Counted from the first letter of the stretch, positions 8,450 to 18,120 are shown. The stretch is DNA of 64,000 nucleotides from a virus (IMGVR_UViG_3300026274_000001), one strand, 5' to 3'. The notes: generated from the sequence alone by a model not told the origin. Made by a program: numbers and translations.

Positions 8450-8968
8450 ATGGATCGCACACAACCAGTTCGTTTCTTCAAGGGTCTCGAAATTGAAGCA
8501 ACGAATCATTTTTTACAACCAACAATGATTGCACCTGGTCAATACGACTATGATGAATGCAAGCAAATGACACTTGATCATAAGTGTACCCACATCCTCA
8601 TCGGTTTTATGTACGACCCTGCTGGCAATCCACTCGATATGGATATTCCACGCGCATTCGAAACTGCAAACAAGCTTATGGCTGACGGTATCCGCGTTAC
8701 ACTGGAAATCCGCCCAGACCAACTGACTGACGAATTTGTGGCTGCTTGCCCAGATCCAGAAGGTGCATTTGGTAAGCTGTTCGTTATCCTTATTGGTACG
8801 CGCTTTCCAAACATGCCAAAGATTGGACCATACACAACACTGAAGCTCCACAGCGATTTCGACAACACAGAAAACGGTGGCGTTTGGTGTGTTAAGGCTG
8901 AAGAATTCAAGAAGGCTGGAATTTTTACTCCCTGGATTGCCTATCAAGAAGATATTCACCTAAAGTGA
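8450..8968 (+). CDS. Conserved phage protein (FFxGxEIE family)
   Basis: RFFKGLEIEAT, CTHILIG, TLKL..DF..TENGGVWC, FTPW..Y..D; resembles proteins I recall near TGT-like genes (unverified). Confidence 0.7.
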   Translation: MDRTQPVRFFKGLEIEATNHFLQPTMIAPGQYDYDECKQMTLDHKCTHILIGFMYDPAGNPLDMDIPRAFETANKLMADGIRVTLEIRPDQLTDEFVAACPDPEGAFGKLFVILIGTRFPNMPKIGPYTTLKLHSDFDNTENGGVWCVKAEEFKKAGIFTPWIAYQEDIHLK

Positions 8969-8986
8969 AATTGACGATATAATAAA

Positions 8987-9004
8987 GGGGAGCAATTGCT
9001 CCCC
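8987..9004. terminator. Bidirectional terminator GGGGAGCAATTGCTCCCC
   Basis: Perfect palindrome between convergent genes; near-identical copies at 10738, 32388 and 54051. Confidence 0.85.
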
Positions 9005-9008
9005 TTTT

Positions 9009-9293
9009 TCATTTAAAAACAAACTTGATCATGCTGCACGATCCATCTTCATTGTTCAATTCATACTGATCAACAAAGCCCATAGCCTTCCAGAACAAAG
9101 TTGATTCTTGGCTCTTAGACCACAGCTCAACTCTTGTCACTGTATCAGGAAGCGATCCTTCCCATTCACGGTATTTTGCACTTCCGCGTCCTTTACGACG
9201 TTCTCCATGCACAACCAAGCGCAGTACTTTTGCGACATTGCCTTCGATTACAAAGGAGAACTCAATGCCGTCATCAGGAATAGGGGGAGTAAT
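9009..9293 (-). CDS. GNAT-family acetyltransferase-like protein (probable ATT start)
   Basis: RRKGRGS acetyl-CoA loop and FWKAMGF; the frame stays open to ATT at 9293, 8 nt after an AAGGAGA SD. Confidence 0.55.
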   Translation of the reverse strand: MTPPIPDDGIEFSFVIEGNVAKVLRLVVHGERRKGRGSAKYREWEGSLPDTVTRVELWSKSQESTLFWKAMGFVDQYELNNEDGSCSMIKFVFK

Positions 9294-9322
9294 GAAGTCG
9301 TTCTCCTTGAATCAGTGATGCG

Positions 9323-9589
9323 TTAAGATTGATATTCTTTCGCTTTGCGACGAACAATTCCAGCCACCAGGTAATCGTCATCTTTCATATCATCAGGAAT
9401 ATCGATTACCAAATCGTACTCTTCGGTGTCATGGGGAATGCTCGTCCAGAATCCTAGCCAATCTTCAATTTCTCCGTCTTCTTCCTTTGTTAGTGACCCG
9501 GCACCATATCCGTCAGAGATTGATCGTGCACAGTCAATGATAGCATCATGCATCGATGCACCTTCACTCAACGTAATTGCAATTTTCAT
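9323..9589 (-). CDS. Hypothetical acidic protein
   Basis: ATG 9589 (MKIAITL) follows the stop of 9591-9845. Confidence 0.65.
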   Translation of the reverse strand: MKIAITLSEGASMHDAIIDCARSISDGYGAGSLTKEEDGEIEDWLGFWTSIPHDTEEYDLVIDIPDDMKDDDYLVAGIVRRKAKEYQS

Positions 9590-9590
9590 T

Positions 9591-9845
9591 TTATTGATTG
9601 TGGGTGAGAACGATGAAGTCCGTGTAATCACCTGCATCGTACAGATCGTAATAGATGCAATGCGTGTGAATCTTTTCGGAAGTGATTTCGATGTTTTCCA
9701 GTGTAGCATCGGGCCACTTAATCTTTGCTAGAATCAACAACTCAGCAAGTGAATGACCATTACTTGAGTGAAGGTACATGACTGTTTCGGTATCATCAGG
9801 TGAGAAGTCGGTGATCTCAGTACCGGGTCGTTTCTTGTAGCCCAT
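9591..9845 (-). CDS. Hypothetical protein
   Basis: AGGAG SD and a CAAATGAA-type promoter upstream. Confidence 0.8.
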   Translation of the reverse strand: MGYKKRPGTEITDFSPDDTETVMYLHSSNGHSLAELLILAKIKWPDATLENIEITSEKIHTHCIYYDLYDAGDYTDFIVLTHNQ

Positions 9846-9964
9846 GATGTTCTCCTGTTATTTGATGTATGTAGTATGTGTTCATTTGACTGTGAGGTCA
9901 AGTGTTGATGAATATATCAAACAAGTATATCATATGGCTACTGGTAAATTCAAACGGGGAAATA

Positions 9965-10717
9965 ATGGAAGACTTTGTTTCGATGCACAAGGATAATAAG
10001 ACCTATGGTCTTGACGGTATGGCATTCCAGGCGATGGATAGATTGCTTGATGAAGCGGTAAAAGCCCCTACCCCTCAGGAAGGTCGAGATGTTCTTAAGT
10101 ATATAGAAGACTGGAAAGTCCTAGATGCATTTACGGACAAGTATGGTACGCGAGAACGTATGCAAGCTGCCTTGGATGATTATCATATCTACTTGACCCC
10201 TGAAACGACCGATCAAATTGAGCGTTTGCAATTCCTCTGCGCGCACTATGGATTGACTGTTGAAGAAACGAAAGGCAACAGAAAAAAACGCGATCTGGTG
10301 ACTTGCGGTTACGACGATGTACCGTACAGCCTAGCTCTTTGGGATGGCCATGGTGGTATCAATCCTAGTAAGATTCGCCATAGCGTTCTACATTATCATC
10401 TCATGATCGAAAGACACCATACGCAAATCAAAGGCGTCTATGAGCACCTTGTGAAGAACCACGGCGACACCGTGGGTGATGTTTGGGTGATGTGCGGGGG
10501 TGGTGGTCAAATGCAAGCATTCTTTGGTAACCATACGGGGTACTTGGGTATCTTGTACTTGACCTTGGAAAATATGAAAGATCAAAAACGACTAACCGAA
10601 AACGGTTACTTGGCCGCTTGTGGCAACAAGCGCTTTACTCTGGTGGCAAATTGGGAAAAGAACAACCCGCTATTTGCTAACATGAAAGTAAAAGGTGTTA
10701 AGTTTCAAAAGAGCTGA
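9965..10717 (+). CDS. Hypothetical protein
   Basis: Track ORF 9902-10717; ATG 9965 has a GGGGA SD. Confidence 0.75.
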   Translation: MEDFVSMHKDNKTYGLDGMAFQAMDRLLDEAVKAPTPQEGRDVLKYIEDWKVLDAFTDKYGTRERMQAALDDYHIYLTPETTDQIERLQFLCAHYGLTVEETKGNRKKRDLVTCGYDDVPYSLALWDGHGGINPSKIRHSVLHYHLMIERHHTQIKGVYEHLVKNHGDTVGDVWVMCGGGGQMQAFFGNHTGYLGILYLTLENMKDQKRLTENGYLAACGNKRFTLVANWEKNNPLFANMKVKGVKFQKS

Positions 10718-10737
10718 TACCTTATATTGAATAAAAA

Positions 10738-10755
10738 GGGGAGCAGTTGCTCCCC
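10738..10755. terminator. Bidirectional terminator
   Basis: GGGGAGCAGTTGCTCCCC between convergent genes. Confidence 0.8.
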
Positions 10756-10759
10756 TTTT

Positions 10760-11422
10760 TCATTTTGCTTTGGCTTGGAAGTAGATCCAATTCTTTTCAC
10801 CAGTAGACCATTCAAACTTTACACCAGGATATTGCTTGGAATAGTCATTAACTATACTCTGCAATTTGGCGCCGGACTCATCCGACAGTTCTTCCCAGTC
10901 ATAGTCCTCATAAGCTTCATCTGAAGGATCAGCATCGGCTGGAAGTTGCCATTTACCCCAGTTACGAATTTCAGCAGTCCATTCATTATTGCCTTGTTCT
11001 GGTCCACGGGCATCGTAACTTCCCCACATGTCCCGTGGTTTGATTGATGCCACATATCTAAGCAAATCACGCAATGCTTCTTGAACGTCAACTGCTCGAG
11101 GTGCTGGCTTAGGTGCGGCCTTTGGCAACACTACCGTTTTAGTGGACTTTTTCTTGAGACTCTTGATCATTTGATCATTTGTCATGACTCTAGAAAGCAG
11201 GAAGCTAGTCACATAATTGGAAGCAGTGTTCACTTCAGCATTGAGATCAAAACCAGGTTTGGTCGCTAGAAATGCCTTGATTGCCTGGTAATTGGCAACT
11301 CCACCCAATAGTGCAAGGGGTACTTCAAGTACCCCTGTGTAGCCCTGACCACGAAGGCGATCATTCAACCCGTTCTGGTAACTAGAATCACTTGCTTCGG
11401 TGACAAGTTCGTTGTATCTCAT
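10760..11422 (-). CDS. Hypothetical, probably late protein
   Basis: MRYNELVTEA N-terminus, TAAATA upstream, GAGG SD. Confidence 0.75.
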   Translation of the reverse strand: MRYNELVTEASDSSYQNGLNDRLRGQGYTGVLEVPLALLGGVANYQAIKAFLATKPGFDLNAEVNTASNYVTSFLLSRVMTNDQMIKSLKKKSTKTVVLPKAAPKPAPRAVDVQEALRDLLRYVASIKPRDMWGSYDARGPEQGNNEWTAEIRNWGKWQLPADADPSDEAYEDYDWEELSDESGAKLQSIVNDYSKQYPGVKFEWSTGEKNWIYFQAKAK

Positions 11423-11531
11423 TTGGAAACCTCAAATAGTATATGTTTATTTAACAAATAAGAAGTGGCTTTTTATTTGGCTATAAGATTGCCAGTTGTG
11501 TTAGACTTAGTTTTTAATTGGAAACATTGGC

Positions 11532-11759
11532 ATGATTCATATCCGTTTTAATCAGATCAATTCACTTAGCAACAAAGATGAGGATACATTCATTATGCGT
11601 GGCAAGTGTGAATATGTACCTTCTATTGGTGAAGTTGTTAGTTTGAAAGGTGAGCCATATATCGTTCATGAGCGTTCATGGGCATTTGGTGATGAAGCAG
11701 AAGTTTTGAACCAGCACTGTTACATCAGAGTGCTACCGCGCCCCAGTACCCAACGATAG
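11532..11759 (+). CDS. Hypothetical protein
   Basis: 75 aa; VPSIGEVV..YIVHERSW; related to 16651-16875. Confidence 0.7.
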   Translation: MIHIRFNQINSLSNKDEDTFIMRGKCEYVPSIGEVVSLKGEPYIVHERSWAFGDEAEVLNQHCYIRVLPRPSTQR

Positions 11760-11777
11760 TATAACCAGAGCATAATA

Positions 11778-12083
11778 ATGGCACGAGTAAAAGCAGGTGA
11801 CTTGGCATATTTGGTCCGAGCAACCAACCCAGCAAATATCGGTAGAGTAGTTGAAGTACTATATCAAATTGATTTCATCTTGAGTGATGTGCCCGGTACT
11901 CATTGGAAAATTCGTTCAGCAGCACCAATGATGGGAACCCGTTCCTTTACTGGTTCTACAGTATATGCAATGGAATTTGATTGTCCTGAAAGCTGGTTAG
12001 TTCCAATCGCTGGTCCATCAATTGCTGAAATGATTGATGACGAAATTGATATCACGGATGTTCTACCCGCCGAAGTAGAGTAA
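11778..12083 (+). CDS. Hypothetical protein (SH3/KOW-like)
   Basis: VKAGDLAYLV..NIGRVVEV..WLVPI. Confidence 0.7.
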   Translation: MARVKAGDLAYLVRATNPANIGRVVEVLYQIDFILSDVPGTHWKIRSAAPMMGTRSFTGSTVYAMEFDCPESWLVPIAGPSIAEMIDDEIDITDVLPAEVE

Positions 12084-12150
12084 GCCATTTGTTGATTGTG
12101 TTCATTATGAAAGCTATACTGAGTACCTCAATTATCAACAAGGATTAATT

Positions 12151-12543
12151 ATGATGAATATTCGTCAACGTTCAGTTAACGTAAAGCGTAGTGAATTGCT
12201 TACCGCATTGCGAGCAAATCTGGAGACACACAAGGAAGAATATAAGCAAGCGCTGATTGACTTCAAGCTGCGTCTGTTGGAAGACCTTCAAGCTGGTGTT
12301 GAAAAGGTGAATGCTTCTGAACCCAAGGATCTTGCAAAGTTCAATGTGCAAGTCATGTTCCCGCAGAACCATGAAAAGGACTTCATGGAAGTTATCGAGA
12401 TGCTTGATATGTCCGTTGATGACAACATCAATCTTGATGCGGAATCGTTCCGTGCGTACTTCAAGAATGAATGGTCATGGACCGTTGGCTTCCGGTCACT
12501 CACTGAAAGCTACAAGGCAGCTGGTTCATTCCTAAGTAACTAA
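12151..12543 (+). CDS. Conserved phage hypothetical protein
   Basis: AGGA SD; VKRSELL..N..H..EY. Confidence 0.8.
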   Translation: MMNIRQRSVNVKRSELLTALRANLETHKEEYKQALIDFKLRLLEDLQAGVEKVNASEPKDLAKFNVQVMFPQNHEKDFMEVIEMLDMSVDDNINLDAESFRAYFKNEWSWTVGFRSLTESYKAAGSFLSN

Positions 12544-12548
12544 CCAAT

Positions 12549-12704
12549 ATGGCTACATTTTTAAATTGGTGGTTGGTTCCTTTCCACTGTGCATGTGTAG
12601 CCTTTGGCTTGATGATAGTATGTGGAATTGGTGCTATTATTCAAATGAATAAGATGGAAAAGAACTCCAAAGTGTTGCATAAGCTGCTCACTGAATCTAA
12701 GTAA
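12549..12704 (+). CDS. Small membrane protein (not in track)
   Basis: Manual translation MATFLNWWLVPFHCACVAFGLMIVCGIGAII.., 51 aa. Confidence 0.5.
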   Translation: MATFLNWWLVPFHCACVAFGLMIVCGIGAIIQMNKMEKNSKVLHKLLTESK

Positions 12705-12707
12705 TTG

Positions 12708-12730
12708 AAAAAGCCACTTAGTGGCTTTTT
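12708..12730 (+). terminator. Intrinsic terminator
   Basis: AAAAAGCCACTTAGTGGCTTTTT. Confidence 0.8.
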
Positions 12731-12803
12731 CTACGTGTCACACAAACTGGCAATCTTCTGTTATACTGTGGATAGTAGCTAACTACCATAAAAAACTAAC
12801 CAC

Positions 12804-13046
12804 ATGTCAGACGACTATCTAAAAGCCCAACGCGAAAAGAGTCTTGCCGATTCTTCCAAAATTTCCGAAGCAGAACTGCATACCGATAATGATGGCATCA
12901 AGGATGGCTGGCAAGCTATTCAAGATATCCGTCGCAAGATTGCAACCGCAAAACAAGAAGCGATCAAGAAGGTCGATGCTGAATTCAAGGATGAATTGAA
13001 AGATGCTGAAGACAATTATGCTCTTCTTATAACGCTCACGAGATAA
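12804..13046 (+). CDS. Coiled-coil protein, module I gene a
   Basis: 80 aa paralogue of 25236-25478 (YLKA..EAEL..NDG.K..NYALLI.L.R). Confidence 0.8.
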   Translation: MSDDYLKAQREKSLADSSKISEAELHTDNDGIKDGWQAIQDIRRKIATAKQEAIKKVDAEFKDELKDAEDNYALLITLTR

Positions 13047-13048
13047 TT

Positions 13049-14290
13049 ATGCTTTCAACAATTAAAATTCCAGAGAAGGTTTACGTTGGCTTCCAAGGTC
13101 GTCGTAGTGAAGATGAAGTACCGCTTGGCTTTATGACGCCATACACAACGGATCAGGCCGGAATCAAACGCCGGGCATCTGTTGATAAGTGGGCTAAGGG
13201 TTATTACAGTAACACTGAGAAGACGTTTAACAGCGTCATACTTGATAACAAGCCCATGATTGGCTTCAAGATTGGTCGTGACATCCGTCGCAGTGGTGGT
13301 TGGAATGGTAGCGGCGCCAGTTATGTTCGAGTAGCGGATCCGCGTGGATTTGAACTTGAGATCACGATCGAAAACCTAGTGATGTGTATGAGTGCGAATC
13401 TAGTCGATAATGGTGAAATCATTCAAGAATGTGTATGGGGTCGTGATGGCAATCGTAATATCCTGTTGCCAACCAATAGCGAACCATTCAAGGACTCTAT
13501 TCAGACTAAGGCCAAGCTTGATACCGTTATTTCATTGCGTCAAGTTAAGCCTGGTGATGAAATTGCATTGATTACTGGTGAGACTGGTATCTATTTTGGA
13601 TCGATGTTCTCGATCAACATTGATCGGTGGCGCCGTCCTAGAAAGTTTGCAGTTGGTGAAGACAAACGTTATGTGATCAAAATCACAGATCGAAATGGTA
13701 TCAGGTTTGAAGGCCTGCGAACCATGAAGGTCACCGAGATCATCAAGGCAGCAGAAAAGAAGATGACTCCCAATGAGATCGAACAAGAAATCATTGCTGG
13801 ACTTGCTATCAATCCAAATTGCTGTAACGATACCAAGGGTAGTTATTCGTTACGCACTTGCGCTTGGTTAACTGGTAATAGCTACACGGTCGTCAGCAAG
13901 GCTGAAAACAATCATACTGACTCGGAAATCAAGAGCAATCCTGATTACTTTGAGAACGTTGGTATATATGCAGAAGACGATAAGAACCAATTCTTGGAAT
14001 TGTCATATAACTTCCGTGAAAACTTTGTGTCTGATCGATATAGAACAGATCGGTATTATGATGATGGTTCGCAATCACGGTACCATTCAGGTTATAACTA
14101 CAATCAAAACTACAAGAACGCCTACGTGTATACGAGTGGTCTGATTGGTCAATCAGTAAGTATTGGTGATTATGTTACTAGCAATAGTGATAAAACCACG
14201 CACTTTGAAGAAGCCAATGTGAAGCGGTACTTCTCAATGGTGTTTGAATTGAAGACAAAGGCTGGTGAAATCATGAAGTGTGCTCTGTGA
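13049..14290 (+). CDS. Conserved large-phage protein, module I gene b
   Basis: 413 aa paralogue of 25480-26724 (YVGFQ, DPRGFEL.I, CVWGRDG..ILLP.NSEP). Confidence 0.85.
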   Translation: MLSTIKIPEKVYVGFQGRRSEDEVPLGFMTPYTTDQAGIKRRASVDKWAKGYYSNTEKTFNSVILDNKPMIGFKIGRDIRRSGGWNGSGASYVRVADPRGFELEITIENLVMCMSANLVDNGEIIQECVWGRDGNRNILLPTNSEPFKDSIQTKAKLDTVISLRQVKPGDEIALITGETGIYFGSMFSINIDRWRRPRKFAVGEDKRYVIKITDRNGIRFEGLRTMKVTEIIKAAEKKMTPNEIEQEIIAGLAINPNCCNDTKGSYSLRTCAWLTGNSYTVVSKAENNHTDSEIKSNPDYFENVGIYAEDDKNQFLELSYNFRENFVSDRYRTDRYYDDGSQSRYHSGYNYNQNYKNAYVYTSGLIGQSVSIGDYVTSNSDKTTHFEEANVKRYFSMVFELKTKAGEIMKCAL

Positions 14291-14310
14291 TCACAGAAGC
14301 ATCGTAATAA

Positions 14311-14334
14311 AAAAGCCATCGAAAGGTGGCTTTT
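14311..14334 (+). terminator. Intrinsic terminator
   Basis: AAAAGCCATCGAAAGGTGGCTTTT. Confidence 0.75.
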
Positions 14335-14413
14335 CGTTGACTAGCATATTGCCATATGTGTTAAACTGCGGTTCTGCAATATTCCTTCAACATTCATTCT
14401 AGTAGAGATCAAA

Positions 14414-14644
14414 ATGAGCAAGACACTTGTGTATTACTTCATTGAAGATGGTCAAGACGGTTCCGCCTCCCTCGAACTGTTTGCTTCCAAGGAAGCACGT
14501 GATATGGCAATGGAGCTGTCGATGGACAAGTATGGAATTAGCGAACTTGCTTCTGGTCTTATTGATCAAGATGACCTTGACAACGCCACAACACTTGACG
14601 AAGTTCAAGCTGAACGTACTGCTTATGATGAAGAAAACGCTTAG
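14414..14644 (+). CDS. Small acidic hypothetical protein
   Basis: 76 aa ORF in a co-directional run. Confidence 0.7.
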   Translation: MSKTLVYYFIEDGQDGSASLELFASKEARDMAMELSMDKYGISELASGLIDQDDLDNATTLDEVQAERTAYDEENA

Positions 14645-14652
14645 GACGAATA

Positions 14653-14907
14653 ATGAAAAGAACAACGGTTGTTTCTCCGCACGAGCTTTGTGAATTTGCT
14701 GAAGAACACTATGGTATCAGCAATATGAAAGCAGATCGTTTGGTTAGTTGGGTCCGCCCGGAATGCGAAGTCAAGACCTACGATTATGAATTGGTATATT
14801 TGGAAGATCCTGAGGACGATTCATACACCGATCACGTGGAAGCTCGGCAACTGCTTATCGACTTCATGAAGCATAACAAGTTGAAAAAATTTACGCTCAC
14901 ACAATGA
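14653..14907 (+). CDS. Hypothetical protein, paralogue of the next gene
   Basis: Shared EV.T..., L..FM...KLK.FTL. Confidence 0.75.
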   Translation: MKRTTVVSPHELCEFAEEHYGISNMKADRLVSWVRPECEVKTYDYELVYLEDPEDDSYTDHVEARQLLIDFMKHNKLKKFTLTQ

Positions 14908-14934
14908 CTGTGATAGCCTAACGGAGAAATAATT

Positions 14935-15210
14935 ATGAGACGTTCTGTAGTTTTGGTAGAATTTTCAGACCTTCTTGGTTATGCTCAGAAAATTGGAATT
15001 CCGTGGAATAAAGCTCATGATATTTTGGTGAAGGATGATGTTCCACCAATGTATGAAGTCAATACCCGAGAGTTTTACTTCAGTGAGTTAGTGTCAAACG
15101 ACGCAACGGATCGTGCCGATCCATACGGGTTCACGGATGATACTGTTCGTATTCTGGTGGGCTTTATGGTCAAAGAAAAGCTTAAAGAATTTACTTTGGT
15201 AAATGATTGA
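14935..15210 (+). CDS. Hypothetical protein, paralogue of the previous gene
   Basis: GGAG SD; ILVGFMVKEKLKEFTL. Confidence 0.75.
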   Translation: MRRSVVLVEFSDLLGYAQKIGIPWNKAHDILVKDDVPPMYEVNTREFYFSELVSNDATDRADPYGFTDDTVRILVGFMVKEKLKEFTLVND

Positions 15211-15347
15211 TGCCTTGGGAAATAAAAGTAATGCTTGGTCTAGTGATCTTGCAGTGGGGTGCATCAATTGGCTTTATTTGGTGTATACGGGGTGACTTGA
15301 AAGCGATTTGGAAGGCCCGCAAAGCTAGAAAACAAGCTAATTCATAG
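15210..15347 (+). CDS. Small membrane protein (not in track)
   Basis: Manual translation MPWEIKVMLGLVILQWGASIGFIW.., TGATG coupling. Confidence 0.5.
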   Translation: MPWEIKVMLGLVILQWGASIGFIWCIRGDLKAIWKARKARKQANS

Positions 15348-15400
15348 TTGGGATTGAATGACAAAAGGCTGCTTCGGTGGCCTTTGTTTTGAACCTAGAA

Positions 15401-15456
15401 TTCATTTGGTGCTTGACTTACTGGCTACCTGTTCGTATCATCTGAATATGGTGAAC
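15401..15456 (+). promoter_or_regulatory. sigma70-type promoter of the CAWRTGAA class
   Basis: TTCATTTG, TTGACT-17-TATCAT, ATGGTGAAC at about +1. Confidence 0.75.
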
Positions 15457-15472
15457 TAACAGGGAGAACAAA

Positions 15473-15748
15473 ATGCAAACAACAGCCGCGGTTCTGAAAA
15501 CGTTGCAAATCAAAGAAATCGCAGTATTGATCGAAACTGATTGGGTGAAGATGAGCCCCCACGCGTCTCCGTTTGTTGATGCAATGTTTTCCCTTGCAAC
15601 GATCAACGATAAGTTCTATGCGGATTCTGGTATGTATGTGGTGTCGTATTTCCTGTCCAATGCTGGAACGTGGAAAGGCGAAACTGCAAAGCTGGTGAAA
15701 GCAGAATTGAAAGCACGCTGCGTCGCATACGAAAAGGCACGCAAGTAA
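15473..15748 (+). CDS. Conserved phage hypothetical protein
   Basis: EIA..I..DW...PF.DAM..L..I.D....DSG..VV.YFLSNA..WKGE.AK..K.ELK. Confidence 0.8.
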   Translation: MQTTAAVLKTLQIKEIAVLIETDWVKMSPHASPFVDAMFSLATINDKFYADSGMYVVSYFLSNAGTWKGETAKLVKAELKARCVAYEKARK

Positions 15749-15758
15749 GGAGAATGGA

Positions 15759-15980
15759 ATGAAATTTAAAACAGTTACTCTTCTTATTGTGGGGATTTGC
15801 ACCCCGTTGTCATTGATCAGTATCTACCATGCGCAACATGCTGAAAATGTGTGTATGATGCATGGTTATCCTGAAGTCAGAATGAATGACAATTTCACCT
15901 TGAACCCACCCCGCTTTTGCTACAAACAAGTTTTGGGTAGTGATGTTCTTGTCCCACTAGCTCAAGTGGAAAAGGAGTAA
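15759..15980 (+). CDS. Small protein with N-terminal TM helix
   Basis: AAGGAG SD, hydrophobic N-terminus. Confidence 0.7.
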   Translation: MKFKTVTLLIVGICTPLSLISIYHAQHAENVCMMHGYPEVRMNDNFTLNPPRFCYKQVLGSDVLVPLAQVEKE

Positions 15981-15983
15981 AAA

Positions 15984-16289
15984 ATGGCACGCAAAAAAGT
16001 TTGGAAAGAAGTTTCGACTCGTTCGGTTGGGAACTATACGTACTCGCAGCTTGATGACATGATTGCTGACTTGCAAAAACTGTCGAAGCAATATCCTGGT
16101 GCTCGTGTAGTTGAACGCTGTGAAGACTACTCTGAATACAAGGTGATTTCGATCCAAGTCGAACGTGACGAAACGGATGCAGAGATGCAAACGCGTGAAG
16201 CGCAAGAAGCGGTGCAGGAAGAGCGTAACAAAGCTCACCGTCTTGCACAGTTTCAAGCACTGCAAAAGGAATTCGGTGATAAGTCATGA
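15984..16289 (+). CDS. Hypothetical protein
   Basis: AAGGAG SD, 101 aa. Confidence 0.8.
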   Translation: MARKKVWKEVSTRSVGNYTYSQLDDMIADLQKLSKQYPGARVVERCEDYSEYKVISIQVERDETDAEMQTREAQEAVQEERNKAHRLAQFQALQKEFGDKS

Positions 16290-16642
16290 TCACTGCAAAG
16301 GAAGCCCGAGAACGTGCTCAAAACTCTCAGGAAGCAGTCGTACAGTTTCTTGAGGTTTTGGGCAAGAAGATCGAAGAAGCTGTAGACAAGGGCTTGTTCT
16401 CGTATACTTACTCGGGTGGTTTGCCTGGTGATCCGGCCGATCATAACAAGCTTTCAGTTGAAGCATATATGCGTTTCGAAGTCCCGCAGTTTTGGGGGCT
16501 GGTTATGGCTGCTCTTAGCGCCTACCCGAACAACTTCCATGTGGCGATCGAAAAATCCGCACCCTACATACCACGTGGCTTGATGGATGATCATGATCAA
16601 GGCCCCGAGTATGTCAGCTACTCGATGAAAATTACCTGGTAG
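16286..16642 (+). CDS. Hypothetical protein
   Basis: ATGA overlap; MITAKEAR N-terminus. Confidence 0.8.
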   Translation: MITAKEARERAQNSQEAVVQFLEVLGKKIEEAVDKGLFSYTYSGGLPGDPADHNKLSVEAYMRFEVPQFWGLVMAALSAYPNNFHVAIEKSAPYIPRGLMDDHDQGPEYVSYSMKITW

Positions 16643-16650
16643 GAGAAATT

Positions 16651-16875
16651 ATGATCCAAGTAACGTTTGTGACAAAAGATCGAAAGACCTATGAGCCAGT
16701 CGTGCTTGGTACTGCATCGATGCCAGAGCTACCAAGTAAAAATGAGTACGTAGTGCTTGATGGGTTGCGTTACGTGGTGTCACACCGAGAATGGAAGATT
16801 AATACCGTGGAACGACGTGGTGAACGAGCCGAAAACATTGCGGCCACTGTTCACTTGATGCAAGCAACTGAATAA
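16651..16875 (+). CDS. Hypothetical protein
   Basis: AGGAG SD; LPSKNEYVVLDG..YVVSHREW. Confidence 0.75.
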   Translation: MIQVTFVTKDRKTYEPVVLGTASMPELPSKNEYVVLDGLRYVVSHREWKINTVERRGERAENIAATVHLMQATE

Positions 16876-16937
16876 CGCTTGATTGACTCACCATGTGAAT
16901 GTATCATTTGGTTATGGTGAACAACAAGGAGAATCAA

Positions 16938-17279
16938 ATGAACGTTGAACGCAAAGAACATTTCAATATTGTATGTGTATGGCCGGGCACCGTAGTTGAC
17001 GGTAGGGCCGATGACTTTACCAAGTTTATGATGGATGAACTTGGCGTCCGCGTACAATATCTCGAAGAGATCAAAACCAACCCAGACAAGAAAAACGGTG
17101 TGATCGTTCCCGGTACTGGTGATCGCAACGACATATTCTTTGCGATTCACTCTGAAGATGTGGCCAAGTTTGCACTGCCCCGTTTCCAGTACGGTATCCG
17201 CTGGCTTGAAGACGTGATTGCTCCGTATAATCATGGTGCACACTTGTACCCCAAGCGGGTAAAAGAATACCTGAAGTAA
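16938..17279 (+). CDS. Conserved phage hypothetical protein
   Basis: AAGGAG SD; own promoter TTGATT 16879 / TATCAT 16902. Confidence 0.8.
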   Translation: MNVERKEHFNIVCVWPGTVVDGRADDFTKFMMDELGVRVQYLEEIKTNPDKKNGVIVPGTGDRNDIFFAIHSEDVAKFALPRFQYGIRWLEDVIAPYNHGAHLYPKRVKEYLK

Positions 17280-17281
17280 TA

Positions 17282-17337
17282 TTCATATGATGCTTGATTG
17301 TTCATTCAAATGAACGCATCATAGGAACATGGCAAAC
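17282..17337 (+). promoter_or_regulatory. Promoter with inverted CAWRTGAA boxes
   Basis: TTCATATG-17-CAAATGAA around TTGATT; CATCAT -10. Confidence 0.8.
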
Positions 17338-17355
17338 AAAACAGGAGAGCAAATT

Positions 17356-17859
17356 ATGTCGCAACTGCAACAGATCCTCGAAAACGTGAACGGTGCTTCG
17401 TTTATCTCGATCGACACGCTCACGTCAGTAACACTTCTGGGCGGTAAAGCAAATCCGTTCCAAGGTCGTGTTACCAAGCGTATGACCAAGGCCAGTGTTA
17501 TGGTGTTCCAGAACAAGAAGTCGAACGCTTACGAAAACATGGTCGAGCGGCGCTTGGCTGCTGAAGGCAAGGATCCGAAAGCATTCGTTCTCGGTGAACG
17601 TCGGTGGGGAACGCGTATTCCGGAAACCCCGTTCATCACGCACAAGGGTTTGCTGTACTTGGAAGTGATCTTCCTGAAGCCTGGTGAAACGGAAATCCTG
17701 GTTGACGGTAAACCGTACAACGGTGAAATCCCCGGTCTCGAGAAAGAAGAAAAGGAACCGACGGGCCAGGGTGGACTTGAAAATCAAGTGATCATCCGCA
17801 CGTTCAAGGCTGACAGCATTGTTCGTATTCGCGTTGATAAGCAAGAATACGTGCTGTAA
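17356..17859 (+). CDS. Conserved phage hypothetical protein
   Basis: AGGAG SD, strongly host-adapted codons. Confidence 0.85.
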   Translation: MSQLQQILENVNGASFISIDTLTSVTLLGGKANPFQGRVTKRMTKASVMVFQNKKSNAYENMVERRLAAEGKDPKAFVLGERRWGTRIPETPFITHKGLLYLEVIFLKPGETEILVDGKPYNGEIPGLEKEEKEPTGQGGLENQVIIRTFKADSIVRIRVDKQEYVL

Positions 17860-17904
17860 TGTTCAACGGGGGTGTTGGTAGCCCCCACTTACTTGGAGAA
17901 CATT

Positions 17905-18105
17905 ATGAACGCATTTGATGATAAGTGGAGCCCGTTATTCCAGGGAGCAATTTCAAACAATGGAGCTTGCTGGGCACGCAAAGCAGACAATTACTCCTTC
18001 AGTGTGCGGGAATACGAGGACGGGATTTACACGTTGGTCGGTGGCAAAGATTCGGTAGTCACGGTCACACAAGAGCAGCTTGGAGCGGATTTTCGTCCCA
18101 CGTAA
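17905..18105 (+). CDS. Hypothetical protein
   Basis: GGAG SD before ATG 17905. Confidence 0.6.
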   Translation: MNAFDDKWSPLFQGAISNNGACWARKADNYSFSVREYEDGIYTLVGGKDSVVTVTQEQLGADFRPT

Positions 18106-18120
18106 TACAACTGATCAGTT

